The translations under genes were made by a program, and so were the position numbers. Below the pieces are notes generated by a model, which saw only the letters and a list, made by a program, of their open reading frames with translations, did not search any database and was not told the DNA's origin. A stretch of DNA of 64,000 nucleotides from Hyphomicrobiales bacterium. Its GTDB lineage: Bacteria > Pseudomonadota > Alphaproteobacteria > Rhizobiales > Xanthobacteraceae. Each line of letters begins with the position of its first letter. Within the stretch, counting starts at the first letter, position 1. Below, piece by piece: positions 26,722 to 36,931 of this stretch. The DNA is taken from positions 335 through 64,334 of the forward strand of contig JAKFUP010000025.1 of the NCBI GenBank assembly GCA_021732625.1. The letters are read 5' to 3'.

Positions 26722-29532
26722 CTACTGTCCGAGCCGCTCGATCAGCGCCGGTACGTGCACCTGATCGGCCTTGTAGTTGCCGGTCAGAGTGTACATCACG
26801 ATGTTGACCCCGGCGCGGAATGCAAACTCGCGCTGACGCGGCTCGCCGGGCGTCATCGGCAGCATCGGCTGGCCGTCGGGACGCATCGCCCATGCACCGG
26901 CGAGATCGTTCGAGGTGATGATGATCGGCGACACGCCGTCGCCACCGCGGGCCGGGCGCGATGCGCTTTCGTCGTCGTTGTCGCGCGGCAGAGTCTCGAC
27001 CCAGGTCTGTCCGGTGTTGAAGCGGCCGGGGAAGTCGCGCAGCAGGTAGAACGTCTTGGTGAGCACATGCTCGCTCGGCACCGGCTCGAGTTCGGGGACG
27101 TCGAGCGAGGACAGGATGGTGCGCAAGGTCTGCATGCCGGCGGTCTGCGCTTCGCCGCCGACGCTGGCCGGCGCTTCGATGGCATCGCGGGTGTCGAACA
27201 GGACGGTGCCGCCTTGCTTCATGTAAGCGTCGATCTTGCTCAGCGTTTCGGCCGGCGGTTTCGGCGCGCCCGGCACGATCGGCCAGTAGATCAGCGGAAA
27301 GTAAGAAAGCTCGTCGCGTGAGGGATCGACACCGACAGGCTCGCCGGCTTCGAGCGCCGAGCGCTGTGCGAGAAACAGCGTCAATCCGGATAGGCCCGCG
27401 CGCACGATAGAGTCCACATCGGAGTTGCCGGTTATGATATAGGCGAGCTTCGTTTGCCCGACCGACTTCATCGCGAATTCGTCGGCGCTTTGGGCGCTGA
27501 CCGATTGTGGCGCGGAGACGAGGGCAGCAAGCGCAATGGCGAGCATCACGGCCGCGGTCGCGGCGCGGCGTCGAAGCAGCGCAGCCAATCCACCGCCAAG
27601 GAACGCGACGATCAGCGCGTCGATCAGGAACAACCCAAGCGAGCCGGACAGCAGATAGCCGCGCAAGTCGCGTGGTTCTGCGTTGGTGTAAGTCGCGCGC
27701 TGCGCTTTCAATGCAGATGTGTCGAGCGCGGCGAGACGATCGGCTGCGGCAAGCGTATTCACAGCAAGCGGTCCGTCGGCGGGGCCATAAAGGCCCGGAG
27801 GATGATCGAGAGAGGCGCGGTCCCGATAGTCGGCGCGCAGCGGCTTGGCGGTGGAGGGGGGCGGACCGAAGGCGCCGAAACCATCGAGTGTACGGAATGC
27901 GGCAACAGTTTCCACATTCGCCTCGGCGGCGGCGCCTGCACCCGGATTGGATGTGTAGCCCGACATGTCCACGACTCGCCGAAGCATTTCGACAAAGGTG
28001 CCAGACAACGGCAGATCAGACCAGCGCATATCTGCGCTGACGTGGAAGAGGGCGACCACGCCCTTGCCGCGCTGATCGCCGGTTACGAGCGGCGTGCCAT
28101 CGACCAGCGAAGCCCAGCTCTTGCTGGCGAGACCCGCATCAGGCTCCGCCAGCACCTGCCGGGTCACGGTGATATCTTTTGGCACCGGCAGGCCAGCAAA
28201 CGGCCCGTCCGCCGAGAACGAGGCGAGTTGTTGAGGCTTCTCCCAGGTCAGCGAGCCGCCGAGGCTGCGTCCACCCTTGCGCAGCCGCACCGGCACGAGA
28301 TCGTCGTCGGATTGGGCGAGGCGGGGACCGGCGAAGCGCACCAGCACGCCGCCTTGCGCGATCCAGCTGGTGAGCTTCTCGCGGGTTTCCTGCGGCAGCG
28401 TGCCGACATCAGCCAGCACGATCATCGGCAGCTTCTGCTCGATCAATTGCGCGACCGCCAGCGCCGGCGAGCCGCGCTCGCCAAGGCGTACGTCGGCGAA
28501 CGGCGACAGTGCGCGCGTCAGATAGAACGTAGAGGCGAGCAACGGCTGTGCCGTGTCGCTGGTTGCGCCCGTAACGATGCCGACCGCGCGGCGCCGCCAG
28601 CGCTTGTCGAGCAGTTGCACCGCGCCCGCCGAGCGTTCGCCGGAAATTTCCAGCCGCGTGATGTCGTTGCGCAGTTCGACCGGCAGATCGAACGAGGCTT
28701 CGGTCTCGCGCTCCTGTGCCGACAGTGTGAAGCGCGCTTCGCCGATCGGCGAGCCCTTTGCATCGAGCGCGCGGATCAGGCCGGCATCGGTGCCGCCGCC
28801 AACAGGGCGTAAAATCTTGACGACCATTTTCGACGCGGCGTTTTCCGCACCGACGAGTGCGCGAGCGGGCGCAGCACCGCCTTCGAAGATGGTGAGGCTG
28901 CGATCCTTGGCGGTTTGCGCGAGACCATTGATGAAATCGGGTCCGCGCCCGGTATCGACGCCGTCGGTGAGCCAGACCAGATCGGCCTCGCCGGTCGCGG
29001 CAAGGAAACGCGCAATGGCCGGCAGCGTATCGACACGCTCGACCGCAAACGGTTTCGGCGAAATCTGCCGAACAGCAACGCGGGCATTGCCGGCAGGCAT
29101 CAGCGTAATGTCGCGCGTGGACTCGGAGAGCGGAACAAGGGCCACGCCGCGGCGATCGTTCTCGGCGTTGGCGATCAACTCATCGGCGGTGCGGATGCGC
29201 ACGTCCCAGCTTGCAGCGGCGGTCCAGCCGTCGTCGATCAGGATCACCAGCGGTCCGGTGCTGCGGCCGACGCCCGTTGCTGGATTCCAGACCGGGCCAG
29301 CGGCCGCGATGATGACGAGTGCCACAGCAAGCAGCCGCAGTGCCGTCAGCCACCATGGCGTGCGTGCCGGGGTTTCTTCCTTCGGCGCGATCTCGAACAG
29401 CAGCCGCGTCGGCGGAAAGTCGATCCGCTTCGGGCGCGGCGGCATCACGCGCAGCAGCCACCACAGCGCGGGCAGCGCGATGAGGGCGGTCAGAAGCCAA
29501 GGTTGAGCAAAGGCGAGCGGCAATCCCATCAT
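26722..29532 (-). CDS. N-terminal double-transmembrane domain / DUF4159-type protein (BatA/BatB-context)
   Basis: 936 aa. The N-terminus FAQPWLLTALIALPALWWLLRVMPPRPKRIDFPPTRLL is typical of the double-TM aerotolerance-related domain. The start overlaps the DUF58 stop as ATGA. Confidence 0.75.
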   Translation of the reverse strand: MMGLPLAFAQPWLLTALIALPALWWLLRVMPPRPKRIDFPPTRLLFEIAPKEETPARTPWWLTALRLLAVALVIIAAAGPVWNPATGVGRSTGPLVILIDDGWTAAASWDVRIRTADELIANAENDRRGVALVPLSESTRDITLMPAGNARVAVRQISPKPFAVERVDTLPAIARFLAATGEADLVWLTDGVDTGRGPDFINGLAQTAKDRSLTIFEGGAAPARALVGAENAASKMVVKILRPVGGGTDAGLIRALDAKGSPIGEARFTLSAQERETEASFDLPVELRNDITRLEISGERSAGAVQLLDKRWRRRAVGIVTGATSDTAQPLLASTFYLTRALSPFADVRLGERGSPALAVAQLIEQKLPMIVLADVGTLPQETREKLTSWIAQGGVLVRFAGPRLAQSDDDLVPVRLRKGGRSLGGSLTWEKPQQLASFSADGPFAGLPVPKDITVTRQVLAEPDAGLASKSWASLVDGTPLVTGDQRGKGVVALFHVSADMRWSDLPLSGTFVEMLRRVVDMSGYTSNPGAGAAAEANVETVAAFRTLDGFGAFGPPPSTAKPLRADYRDRASLDHPPGLYGPADGPLAVNTLAAADRLAALDTSALKAQRATYTNAEPRDLRGYLLSGSLGLFLIDALIVAFLGGGLAALLRRRAATAAVMLAIALAALVSAPQSVSAQSADEFAMKSVGQTKLAYIITGNSDVDSIVRAGLSGLTLFLAQRSALEAGEPVGVDPSRDELSYFPLIYWPIVPGAPKPPAETLSKIDAYMKQGGTVLFDTRDAIEAPASVGGEAQTAGMQTLRTILSSLDVPELEPVPSEHVLTKTFYLLRDFPGRFNTGQTWVETLPRDNDDESASRPARGGDGVSPIIITSNDLAGAWAMRPDGQPMLPMTPGEPRQREFAFRAGVNIVMYTLTGNYKADQVHVPALIERLGQ

Positions 29533-30461
29533 GCGGGCTTGCTCGCAGTATTGAAGACTTCATGGACGCCTGCACCCATCCGCCCATGAATTGCGAACAG
29601 AAGCTCGGTCGGGCCGCGGTCGGTGCGATGGACCGTGAAGCTCCACCCCGCGTTGTCGGTCGCTGCGCGAAGCGCTGCGCGATGGTTGGCGACGATCGCT
29701 TGATAGTCAGCGCGCCATTTTTCCGCTCGCCCGGCCGTAATCGTGCCGCGGCTCTCGGACTCGACGAATTCGACGCGGCCCGAATAGGGAAATGTTTCTT
29801 CCGCGGGATCGACGATCTGGACAACGTGTCCGCGCGCGCCATTGGCAGCGAGCTGAGCCAGGATGCCTTGCAACTCCGGGATTGGGCTCCACAGATCCGA
29901 CAACAGCACAACTTCCGAGAACGGTGCGGGCGCGAAATTCGGCGGCAGGCTCGGCTGCTCGCTCGCGTCGTGCAGGATCACCCGCGCCAGCGTTTCGATA
30001 ATGTTGCGATTGGCGGTTGGCCGCATCAAGCCGGGAATCCCAACGCGCTCGCCGCCCTGGACCAGAACCTCGGCGAGAGCGAACGCGACAACCAGCGAGC
30101 GGTCGAGCTTGCTCCACTCCGTCAAATGCGAATTGAAATCCATCGACGCGGAGCGATCGATCCACAACCAGACCGTATGAGACGATTCCCATTCGCGCTC
30201 GCGCACATATAGCTGATCGTCGCGCGCCGAACGCCGCCAATCCACATTGCTCGACGGTTCGCCATTGGTGAAATGGCGATACTGCCAGAAATTTTCGCCG
30301 CTTCCTGCCCGCCGTCGTCCATGCAGCCCATGAATAACCGTTGCGGCCACGCGCCGAGCCTCGAGGATCAGCCTCGGGAGGCGAGCAGCCAGCTTCCGGC
30401 TCTTGCCGACTGCTGCGTTGACCGCTTCGTTCTGCGAATCGTCACGACGTAGTTCCGGCAT
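29529..30461 (-). CDS. DUF58-family protein (vWA-like, MoxR partner)
   Basis: 310 aa with GENFWQYRHFTNGEPSSNVDWRRSAR and WLWIDRSASM, typical of DUF58. It lies 3 nt after the MoxR stop. Confidence 0.85.
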   Translation of the reverse strand: MPELRRDDSQNEAVNAAVGKSRKLAARLPRLILEARRVAATVIHGLHGRRRAGSGENFWQYRHFTNGEPSSNVDWRRSARDDQLYVREREWESSHTVWLWIDRSASMDFNSHLTEWSKLDRSLVVAFALAEVLVQGGERVGIPGLMRPTANRNIIETLARVILHDASEQPSLPPNFAPAPFSEVVLLSDLWSPIPELQGILAQLAANGARGHVVQIVDPAEETFPYSGRVEFVESESRGTITAGRAEKWRADYQAIVANHRAALRAATDNAGWSFTVHRTDRGPTELLFAIHGRMGAGVHEVFNTASKPA

Positions 30462-30464
30462 TCC

Positions 30465-31496
30465 TTACCCAATTCGCGACTTGAGCTGCGCAATGACATT
30501 CCTGATCGTCTGCCCCTCGGCGCGCGCCGAGAAGGTCAGCGCCATGCGGTGCTTCAGCACAGGTTCGGCAAGTTCGAGAACGTCGTCGATCGATGGTGCA
30601 AGGCGGCCGTCGAGCAATGCGCGCGCACGCACCGCCAGCATCAGCGACTGGCTGGCGCGGGGTCCTGGTCCCCATGCGATCGACTTGGCCAGTTCGCCGC
30701 CTTCCGGCCCCGGACGCGCAGAGCGGACCAGCGACAGAATAGCTTCAACCACGGAGTCGCCCACCGGCAGGCGACGCACCAGCCTTTGAGCCGTCATCAA
30801 CACGTCTGCGGTCATCGTGCTCTTGGCGTGATTTCCATCGGCACCGGTGGTGTCGAACAGAATACGGCGCTCGGCGTCGCGATCTGGATAATCGACGTCG
30901 ATCTCCATCAGGAAGCGATCGAGCTGCGCTTCCGGCAGCGGATAGGTGCCTTCCTGCTCCAGCGGATTTTGCGTTGCCAGCACATGGAACGGCTTCGGCA
31001 GATCGTGCCGTGCGCCGGCAACCGTAATGTGTTGCTCCTGCATAGCCTGCAGCAGCGCAGACTGCGTGCGTGGCGAAGCGCGGTTAATTTCGTCGGCCAT
31101 CAAGAGCTGGGCGAATATGGGGCCGGAAATGAAGCGGAAAGAGCGCTTGCCCGCAGGACTTTCGTCGAGCACTTCGGCGCCGAGAATATCGGAGGGCATC
31201 AGGTCGGGCGTGAACTGCACGCGCTTGGCGTCTAGGCCGAGCGTGATGCCGAGCGTTTCGACGAGTTTAGTCTTGGCAAGGCCTGGAACACCGATGAGCA
31301 GCGCGTGGCCGCCCGACAGGATCGTCACCAGCGCGTTATCAACCACCTTGTCCTGTCCGAAAATGACGGTGGAGATGGCTTCCTTCGCGGAGCGGATGCT
31401 GCCGGCGATCTCTTCCGCAGAACGGATGATGGCGTCCTCGAGCTTTGTCACGCTTTCGGAGCCGGCCTTGTCAATGCGAGTCACGAGCAACTCCAT
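30465..31496 (-). CDS. MoxR-family AAA+ ATPase
   Basis: Walker A GVPGLAKT, Walker B LLMADEINRA, and VLATQNPLEQEGTYPLPEAQLDRF. I chose the start at MELLV (31496). The track ORF extends 29 aa further. Confidence 0.9.
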   Translation of the reverse strand: MELLVTRIDKAGSESVTKLEDAIIRSAEEIAGSIRSAKEAISTVIFGQDKVVDNALVTILSGGHALLIGVPGLAKTKLVETLGITLGLDAKRVQFTPDLMPSDILGAEVLDESPAGKRSFRFISGPIFAQLLMADEINRASPRTQSALLQAMQEQHITVAGARHDLPKPFHVLATQNPLEQEGTYPLPEAQLDRFLMEIDVDYPDRDAERRILFDTTGADGNHAKSTMTADVLMTAQRLVRRLPVGDSVVEAILSLVRSARPGPEGGELAKSIAWGPGPRASQSLMLAVRARALLDGRLAPSIDDVLELAEPVLKHRMALTFSARAEGQTIRNVIAQLKSRIG

Positions 31497-31708
31497 GGGT
31501 CTGGTTGAACCAGCCCGGTCACGCCGGATGGCGGCGTCATCGGGACGATTCTGGCATGCTAGGCTCAAGCGAAAGCACTGCATGCGTTGAATTCAGCTAT
31601 CCCCACTTTATCGCCGGGGGGAAGGCCGCCGGATCACGATCTGGAGACTTCCAGCCAAAATCAGTGCATCATTTGTGCCAGATCGACGTTGTACAGTCCG
31701 GACCAACC

Positions 31709-32317
31709 ATGGCGAACCAAGGGCAAACCGCACCGGCGGGCATCAAATCGGGCATCGAAAGCCTGACCGATTCCGCGCGCAAGGCCGGCGCCAAGGGGCT
31801 GCCGCCGGTCCATTTGTGGAATCCACCGTTCTGCGGCGATCTGGACATGCGCATCGCGCGCGACGGAACCTGGTTCTACAATGGCACACCGATCGGCCGG
31901 CCCGCTTTGGTGCGGCTGTTCTCGACGATCCTCAAGCGCGAGGATGGCAAACACTTCCTTGTCACACCGGTGGAAAAAGTCGGCATTCAAGTCGATGATG
32001 CGCCGTTTCTCGCAGTTGAGATGGTTCGCGACGGCGAGGGCGATGCCAGTACTCTGCGTTTTCGCACCAATGTCGATGACTGGGTGACATGCGACGCGCA
32101 GCATCGGCTTCGCTTCGAGCGCGACAAGGACGACGGTTTGACGCCGTATCTGCATGTTCGGGCCGATCTGTGGGCCAAGGTCACCCGCGCGATCTACTAC
32201 GATCTGGTTGACTTGGGTGAAGAGCACATGGCCGATGGTGTCATGAAATTCGGGATTCGATCCGGCGGCGCGTTCTTTGCCATGGCCGACGCAGACCAGA
32301 TGAGGCCGGCGTCTTGA
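31709..32317 (+). CDS. DUF1285-family protein
   Basis: MRIARDGTWFYNGTPIGRPALVRLFSTILKRE resembles DUF1285. The ATG at 31709 was chosen because the upstream part of the track ORF overlaps the moxR promoter region. Confidence 0.7.
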   Translation: MANQGQTAPAGIKSGIESLTDSARKAGAKGLPPVHLWNPPFCGDLDMRIARDGTWFYNGTPIGRPALVRLFSTILKREDGKHFLVTPVEKVGIQVDDAPFLAVEMVRDGEGDASTLRFRTNVDDWVTCDAQHRLRFERDKDDGLTPYLHVRADLWAKVTRAIYYDLVDLGEEHMADGVMKFGIRSGGAFFAMADADQMRPAS

Positions 32318-32991
32318 CCGATCAACTGTTGAAGACCGATACGGCCCCGGTGCAAATCAGTTCGGCGGAGTTCTTCGCGCGCGCGGCGCAGCGTCTGACC
32401 TTCAAGGTGCCGTCAGGATTGAACGAGGCCGATGTGCTGCCGCCGACCGGCGATCATGGCAACGATCGCATGCTGCAGATCATCTCGCAGGAGTTGCCGG
32501 TCAAGCCGGCCGCTGTCTTGATTCCGGTGGTCGATCACGCCGAGCCAACTGTGTTGCTGACGCAGCGCTCCGCGCATCTGTCGAGCCACGCCGGGCAAAT
32601 CTCTTTCCCCGGCGGCAAGATCGATGCGACCGATGCTTCGCCGCTCGATGCGGCGTTGCGCGAGGCGCATGAGGAAATCGGGCTGACGCGCGATTTCATC
32701 GAGCCGGTCGGCTATCTCGATGTGTATGCGACGGGCTTCGGCTTTCGCATCCTGCCGACGGTGGCGCGGGTGAAGCCCGGCTTCCAGTTGTGGGTCAATG
32801 CCGCCGAGGTCGACGAGGTGTTCGAGGTGCCGCTGAAGTTTCTGATGGATCCGATCAACCATCAGCTCCACAGCAAGGAATTCCGCGGCGTGCCACGCTC
32901 GTATTACGCCATGCCGTTCGCCGAGCGTTATATCTGGGGTGCGACCGCCGGCATCCTGCGTGTGCTGTACGAACGGATTTATCTCTCATGA
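32314..32991 (+). CDS. CoA pyrophosphatase, NUDIX family (NudL-like)
   Basis: Nudix box FPGGKIDATDASPLDAALREAHEEIGL. The TTG start overlaps the preceding stop as TTGA. Confidence 0.8.
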   Translation: MTDQLLKTDTAPVQISSAEFFARAAQRLTFKVPSGLNEADVLPPTGDHGNDRMLQIISQELPVKPAAVLIPVVDHAEPTVLLTQRSAHLSSHAGQISFPGGKIDATDASPLDAALREAHEEIGLTRDFIEPVGYLDVYATGFGFRILPTVARVKPGFQLWVNAAEVDEVFEVPLKFLMDPINHQLHSKEFRGVPRSYYAMPFAERYIWGATAGILRVLYERIYLS

Positions 32992-33251
32992 TCAGGCCGG
33001 TACTGACGGAAATCGGAATCTTTCTCATTCCGTTCGTGGCCTATGCCCTGTTTCTGATCGCGAGCCGCAATGGTGTGCTCGAGCCGGAATCATGGCCAGC
33101 GCGGGTGATTGCCCGGCTTGCCGTGGTGTCGTTGCTGCTGACGATCGCCAGTCTGGTAATACTCGCGAATTTTTCTGGCGCTCCGCCCGGCGCGACGTAC
33201 GTTCCGGCGCACATCGAGAACGGCACTCTCGTCCCCGGAGTCGAAAAATGA
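32988..33251 (+). CDS. Small membrane protein (about 87 aa, DUF6111-like)
   Basis: Two predicted TM helices (EIGIFLIPFVAYALFLIA, LAVVSLLLTIASLVILANF). ATGA overlaps occur at both ends (32988-32991 and 33248-33251). The gene is masked in the track by longer out-of-register ORFs. Confidence 0.6.
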   Translation: MIRPVLTEIGIFLIPFVAYALFLIASRNGVLEPESWPARVIARLAVVSLLLTIASLVILANFSGAPPGATYVPAHIENGTLVPGVEK

Positions 33252-34498
33252 CCGCTGCGCGCTCGCTGCGCGATGCGCCGTGGCTGAAAACGGGTCCGGC
33301 TGCGCGCGTGCTGGCGCTGCTGAATGCGGATGGCGAGGAGGCGCGTGTCGTTGGCGGCGCGGTGCGTAACGCATTGCTCGGCGTTCCGGTCGGCGACATC
33401 GATATTGCAACGACTGCTTTGCCCGACGTAGTCGTGCGGCGTGCCGCTGTCGCGCACATCAAGAGCGTGCCGACCGGCATCGCTCACGGCACGGTCACGC
33501 TGGTCGCGGACGGGCAGCCGTTTGAAGTCACAACGCTGCGCGAGGATGTCGAGACCTTCGGCCGCAAGGCGACAGTTGTCTTTGGCCGCGACTGGACGCG
33601 CGATGCGCTGCGTCGCGATTTCACCGTCAATGGCCTTTCGGTCGATGCCGATGGCAAGGTCTACGACCACGTCGGCGGTCTGAATGACATCGAGCAGCGT
33701 CGCGTGCGGTTCATCGGCGAACCATCAAAGCGCATCGCGGAAGACTATCTGCGCATTCTGCGCTTCTTCCGGATTCATGCTGCTTATGGGGAGGGTGAAG
33801 TCGATCGCGAGGGCTATCTTGCCTGCATCGCCGGGCGTGACGGTCTTGCCTCGCTCTCGGCCGAACGGATGCGGATGGAGATGCTCAAGCTCGTTGTCGC
33901 CGACGGCGCGGTCGCGGCACTGGTTGCGATGGAGGATGCCGGACTGCTGCTCGCGGTGACGGGTGGCGTGTCGTATCGCGGGCCGTTCGCGGCATTGGCT
34001 GGGATCGCGCGCGATCTTGGGCTCAAGCCCGATCCGGTGCGCCGCCTCGGGACATTGTGTGTGGCCGTCAGCGAGGATGCCAAGCGGCTCGCACAGCGGT
34101 TACGGCTGTCGAACGCCGAAGCAAAACAACTGGATTCGATGGGCCATCGCTGGTGGCGCATGGTCGGCATGGGCGACGCGAAATCGCGGCGGCTGCTGTA
34201 TCGCCTTGGCCCTGACGCCTATCGCGAGAGGCTGATGCTGGCGTGGGCGCGCAGCGGCAGTGCGGTTACGCCGGAGCGCTGGCGCGAACTGGCGACGCTG
34301 AGCGAGCGCTGGGCTGCGCCGAAATTTCCGTTGAAGGCGGCGGATTTCATCGCGCGTGGTGTGCCGGAAGGCCCGGCACTGGGGCAGGCGCTTGGGTTGG
34401 CCGAAGATGCCTGGCTGGCGCAGAATTTTCCGCTCGATGCGGGGTCGCTGAATGAAATTGCCGATCCGATCGCCGCGCGTTTTAACGGCGCTCAGTGA
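33248..34498 (+). CDS. cca: CCA-adding tRNA nucleotidyltransferase / poly(A) polymerase family
   Basis: The motifs VVGGAVRNALLGVPVGDIDIATT, RRDFTVNGL and EDYLRILRFFRIHA are diagnostic of class II nucleotidyltransferases. Confidence 0.85.
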   Translation: MTAARSLRDAPWLKTGPAARVLALLNADGEEARVVGGAVRNALLGVPVGDIDIATTALPDVVVRRAAVAHIKSVPTGIAHGTVTLVADGQPFEVTTLREDVETFGRKATVVFGRDWTRDALRRDFTVNGLSVDADGKVYDHVGGLNDIEQRRVRFIGEPSKRIAEDYLRILRFFRIHAAYGEGEVDREGYLACIAGRDGLASLSAERMRMEMLKLVVADGAVAALVAMEDAGLLLAVTGGVSYRGPFAALAGIARDLGLKPDPVRRLGTLCVAVSEDAKRLAQRLRLSNAEAKQLDSMGHRWWRMVGMGDAKSRRLLYRLGPDAYRERLMLAWARSGSAVTPERWRELATLSERWAAPKFPLKAADFIARGVPEGPALGQALGLAEDAWLAQNFPLDAGSLNEIADPIAARFNGAQ

Positions 34499-34513
34499 GT
34501 GCGCTCAGCCGGG

Positions 34514-35407
34514 TTACGGCCATTTTACTTCGGGCGGCAGCGACGAGAGGATCGAGTTCACATTGCCGCCGGTCTTGAGACCGAACACCGTGCCGCGATC
34601 GTGCAGCAGGTTGAATTCGACGTAGCGTCCGCGGCGGATCAATTGCTCTTCGCGGTCTTGCGGCGTCCACGGCGCGTCGAAGTTTTTGCGCACCAGTTCG
34701 GGATAAATCCTCGCAAGCGCGCGGCCGACATCCTGCGTGAACGCAAAGTCGGCGTCCCAGTCGCCGGACTCGTGATGGTCGTAGAAGATGCCGCCGATGC
34801 CGCGCGGCTCCTTGCGATGCGGCAGATAGAAGTATTCGTCGCACCATTTCTTGAGCTTGTCGTAATCGGCGACGCGCTTGTGGGCGTCACACGCCGATTT
34901 CATCGCGGCATGAAACGCCAGCGTGTCGGTGTCGTTCTGTGTGCGCCTGCTATCGAGCAGCGGCGTCAGGTCCGCGCCGCCACCGAACCATGCCTTCGTC
35001 GTGACCACGAAGCGGGTGTTCATGTGCACCGCCGGGATGTGCGGGTTGCGCAGATGCGCGATCACCGAAATGCCCGACGCCCAGAACCGCGGGTCTTCGG
35101 AGGCGCCCGGCATTTGCGCGCGGAATTCCGGCGCGAATTCGCCGTGGACTGTCGAGCAATGCACGCCGACTTTCTCGAACAGCCGCCCATGCATCATCGA
35201 CATCACGCCGCCGCCGCCCTTGGTGCCGGTGTGATCGGTGCGCTGCCACGGCGAGCGCACGAAGCGGCCGGCATCGCCGGAATAAAGGGAGGAGGGCGCG
35301 TCATCTTCGAGCGTCTCGAAGGCCGCGCAGATCTGGTCGCGCAGGCTTTGGAACCATGTCCGTGCGGCTTGCTTGCGGGTTTCGATCGCGGAGGTGTCTA
35401 TTGTCAC
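34514..35407 (-). CDS. hemF: Oxygen-dependent coproporphyrinogen III oxidase
   Basis: The motifs [58 protein letters not shown] and [16 protein letters not shown] are present. The GTG start at 35407 overlaps the queD stop (GTGA). The track ORF is over-extended by about 120 aa. Confidence 0.88.
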   Translation of the reverse strand: MTIDTSAIETRKQAARTWFQSLRDQICAAFETLEDDAPSSLYSGDAGRFVRSPWQRTDHTGTKGGGGVMSMMHGRLFEKVGVHCSTVHGEFAPEFRAQMPGASEDPRFWASGISVIAHLRNPHIPAVHMNTRFVVTTKAWFGGGADLTPLLDSRRTQNDTDTLAFHAAMKSACDAHKRVADYDKLKKWCDEYFYLPHRKEPRGIGGIFYDHHESGDWDADFAFTQDVGRALARIYPELVRKNFDAPWTPQDREEQLIRRGRYVEFNLLHDRGTVFGLKTGGNVNSILSSLPPEVKWP

Positions 35408-35769
35408 TTCGTCGGCCCAAAGTAGCTGCAACTCTCGTTGCAGCTGTCGCGATAGACAGTGACGCGGCTGATCTGGCCGATGGCGTGCACGCGCTCCCAG
35501 ATGAAACGCGACAGGTTTTCCAGCGTCGGCGCGCCGAGCTGGTCGACCTTGTTGAGCAGCTTGTGGTCGAGCAGTTTCTGTATTTCGTTGATGCGCTGTT
35601 CGAGAACGCCGAGGTCCATCACCATGCCGGTCGCCGGATCGGGCGTGCCGCGCAGCGCTACCTCGGCGCGAAACGAATGGCCGTGAATTTCCGCGCTCGC
35701 ATCGCCGAACGTGGTGCCGGGCAGCGCGTGCGCCGCCTCGAAGCGAAACGATTTTGTCAGTTCCCACAT
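35404..35769 (-). CDS. queD: 6-carboxy-5,6,7,8-tetrahydropterin synthase
   Basis: 121 aa with FEAAH, HGHSF and MVMDLG motifs of the PTPS/QueD family. It is adjacent to queE. Confidence 0.85.
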   Translation of the reverse strand: MWELTKSFRFEAAHALPGTTFGDASAEIHGHSFRAEVALRGTPDPATGMVMDLGVLEQRINEIQKLLDHKLLNKVDQLGAPTLENLSRFIWERVHAIGQISRVTVYRDSCNESCSYFGPTK

Positions 35770-35787
35770 ACTTTTCGGACTCTTGAA

Positions 35788-36420
35788 TTAGCGAATGCCC
35801 AGCGTCTTATGCGTCTGGACGCTGAGACGCCATTGCGGATGCGCGAGGCAGTAGGCGATGGCTTTCTCGGTGTTTCGGACTGCATTCGGCCCGTCCATCG
35901 GTTGCAGCGAGAAGCGCTCGAATGCAAGCCCCGCGAAGGCTTCCGGCATAGCTCCATGCTGCGGATAGACCAGTTTCAACTCATGGCCTTGGCGCAGGAC
36001 CAGATCGGCGCCGGCTTTCGGGCTGACGCAAATCCAGTCCATGCCCGGCGGCGGCTCAAGTGTGCCGTTGGTCTCGATGCCGATCTCAAACCCGCGCGCA
36101 TGCAGTGCGGCGACTAGCTCGGCATCAACCTGCAGCAGCGGCTCGCCGCCAGTCAGTACGACGTAGCGCTGGCTGTCCGTGCCCGCCCATTGGCTGGCGA
36201 TGGTGTCCGCCAGATCGTTCGCGGTGGCATAGCGGCCGCCGAGCGTGCCATCCATGCCGACGAAATCAGTATCGCAGAACGTGCAGGTCGCGGTCGCGCG
36301 ATCCTCTTCGCGGCCGGTCCATAGGTTGCAGCCGGAGAAACGGCAAAACACGGAGGCGCGGCCCGCATGAGCGCCTTCGCCCTGCAGGGTCAGGAAGATT
36401 TCCTTGACCGCGTAACTCAC
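35788..36420 (-). CDS. queE: 7-carboxy-7-deazaguanine synthase (radical SAM)
   Basis: [30 protein letters not shown] ... CTFCDTDF and TGGEPLLQ are typical of QueE. Confidence 0.88.
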   Translation of the reverse strand: MSYAVKEIFLTLQGEGAHAGRASVFCRFSGCNLWTGREEDRATATCTFCDTDFVGMDGTLGGRYATANDLADTIASQWAGTDSQRYVVLTGGEPLLQVDAELVAALHARGFEIGIETNGTLEPPPGMDWICVSPKAGADLVLRQGHELKLVYPQHGAMPEAFAGLAFERFSLQPMDGPNAVRNTEKAIAYCLAHPQWRLSVQTHKTLGIR

Positions 36421-36449
36421 TTGACCTGCTTCCTCGTCATTCTTTGTTT

Positions 36450-36488
36450 GGGCATGATCGTTTCCGAAGGCTGGCTCCCGATCATGCC
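36450..36488. repeat. Short palindromic repeat, family 5 variant
   Basis: GGGCATGATCG ... CGATCATGCC inverted repeat between queE and trmL. Confidence 0.6.
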
Positions 36489-36931
36489 TGCGTTTGCCTC
36501 AACGCCTCGCCCAGCGCCATCGCGACCGACATCGCCACGTTCAGCGAGCGCATGCCCGGCGCGATTGGAATCACGAGACGCTCGTCTGCGGCATCGACAA
36601 CCTCGTCGGTGACGCCCGCGCTTTCCCGTCCGAACAGCAGGATATCCGTTTCCGCGAAGCGATGGTCCAGATAGGGCCGGGCGGCTCTGGTCGAGAATAC
36701 GATCAGCCGGCTTCCGGCGCTCCGCCGTGCCTCCTCGAACTTTGCCCACGAGTCATGGCGCATGATGGTGACCCGATCCAGATAGTCCATGCCGGAACGG
36801 CGGAAATGGCGGTCCGAGACCGGAAATCCGGCCGGCTCGATGATGTGGGCGGTCACATCGAGGCAGGCGCAAAGGCGCAGAATCGTTCCGGTGTTCTGCG
36901 GAATATCCGGCTGGAAAAGTGCGATCTGCAT
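36482..36931 (-). CDS. trmL: tRNA (cytidine/uridine-2'-O-)-methyltransferase, SpoU/TrmL type
   Basis: 149 aa with IALFQPDIPQNTGTILRLCA, LLFGRESAG and IPIAPGMRSLNVAMSVAMALGEAL (SPOUT knot). The start is at MQIAL. The track ORF is over-extended. Confidence 0.85.
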   Translation of the reverse strand: MQIALFQPDIPQNTGTILRLCACLDVTAHIIEPAGFPVSDRHFRRSGMDYLDRVTIMRHDSWAKFEEARRSAGSRLIVFSTRAARPYLDHRFAETDILLFGRESAGVTDEVVDAADERLVIPIAPGMRSLNVAMSVAMALGEALRQTQA

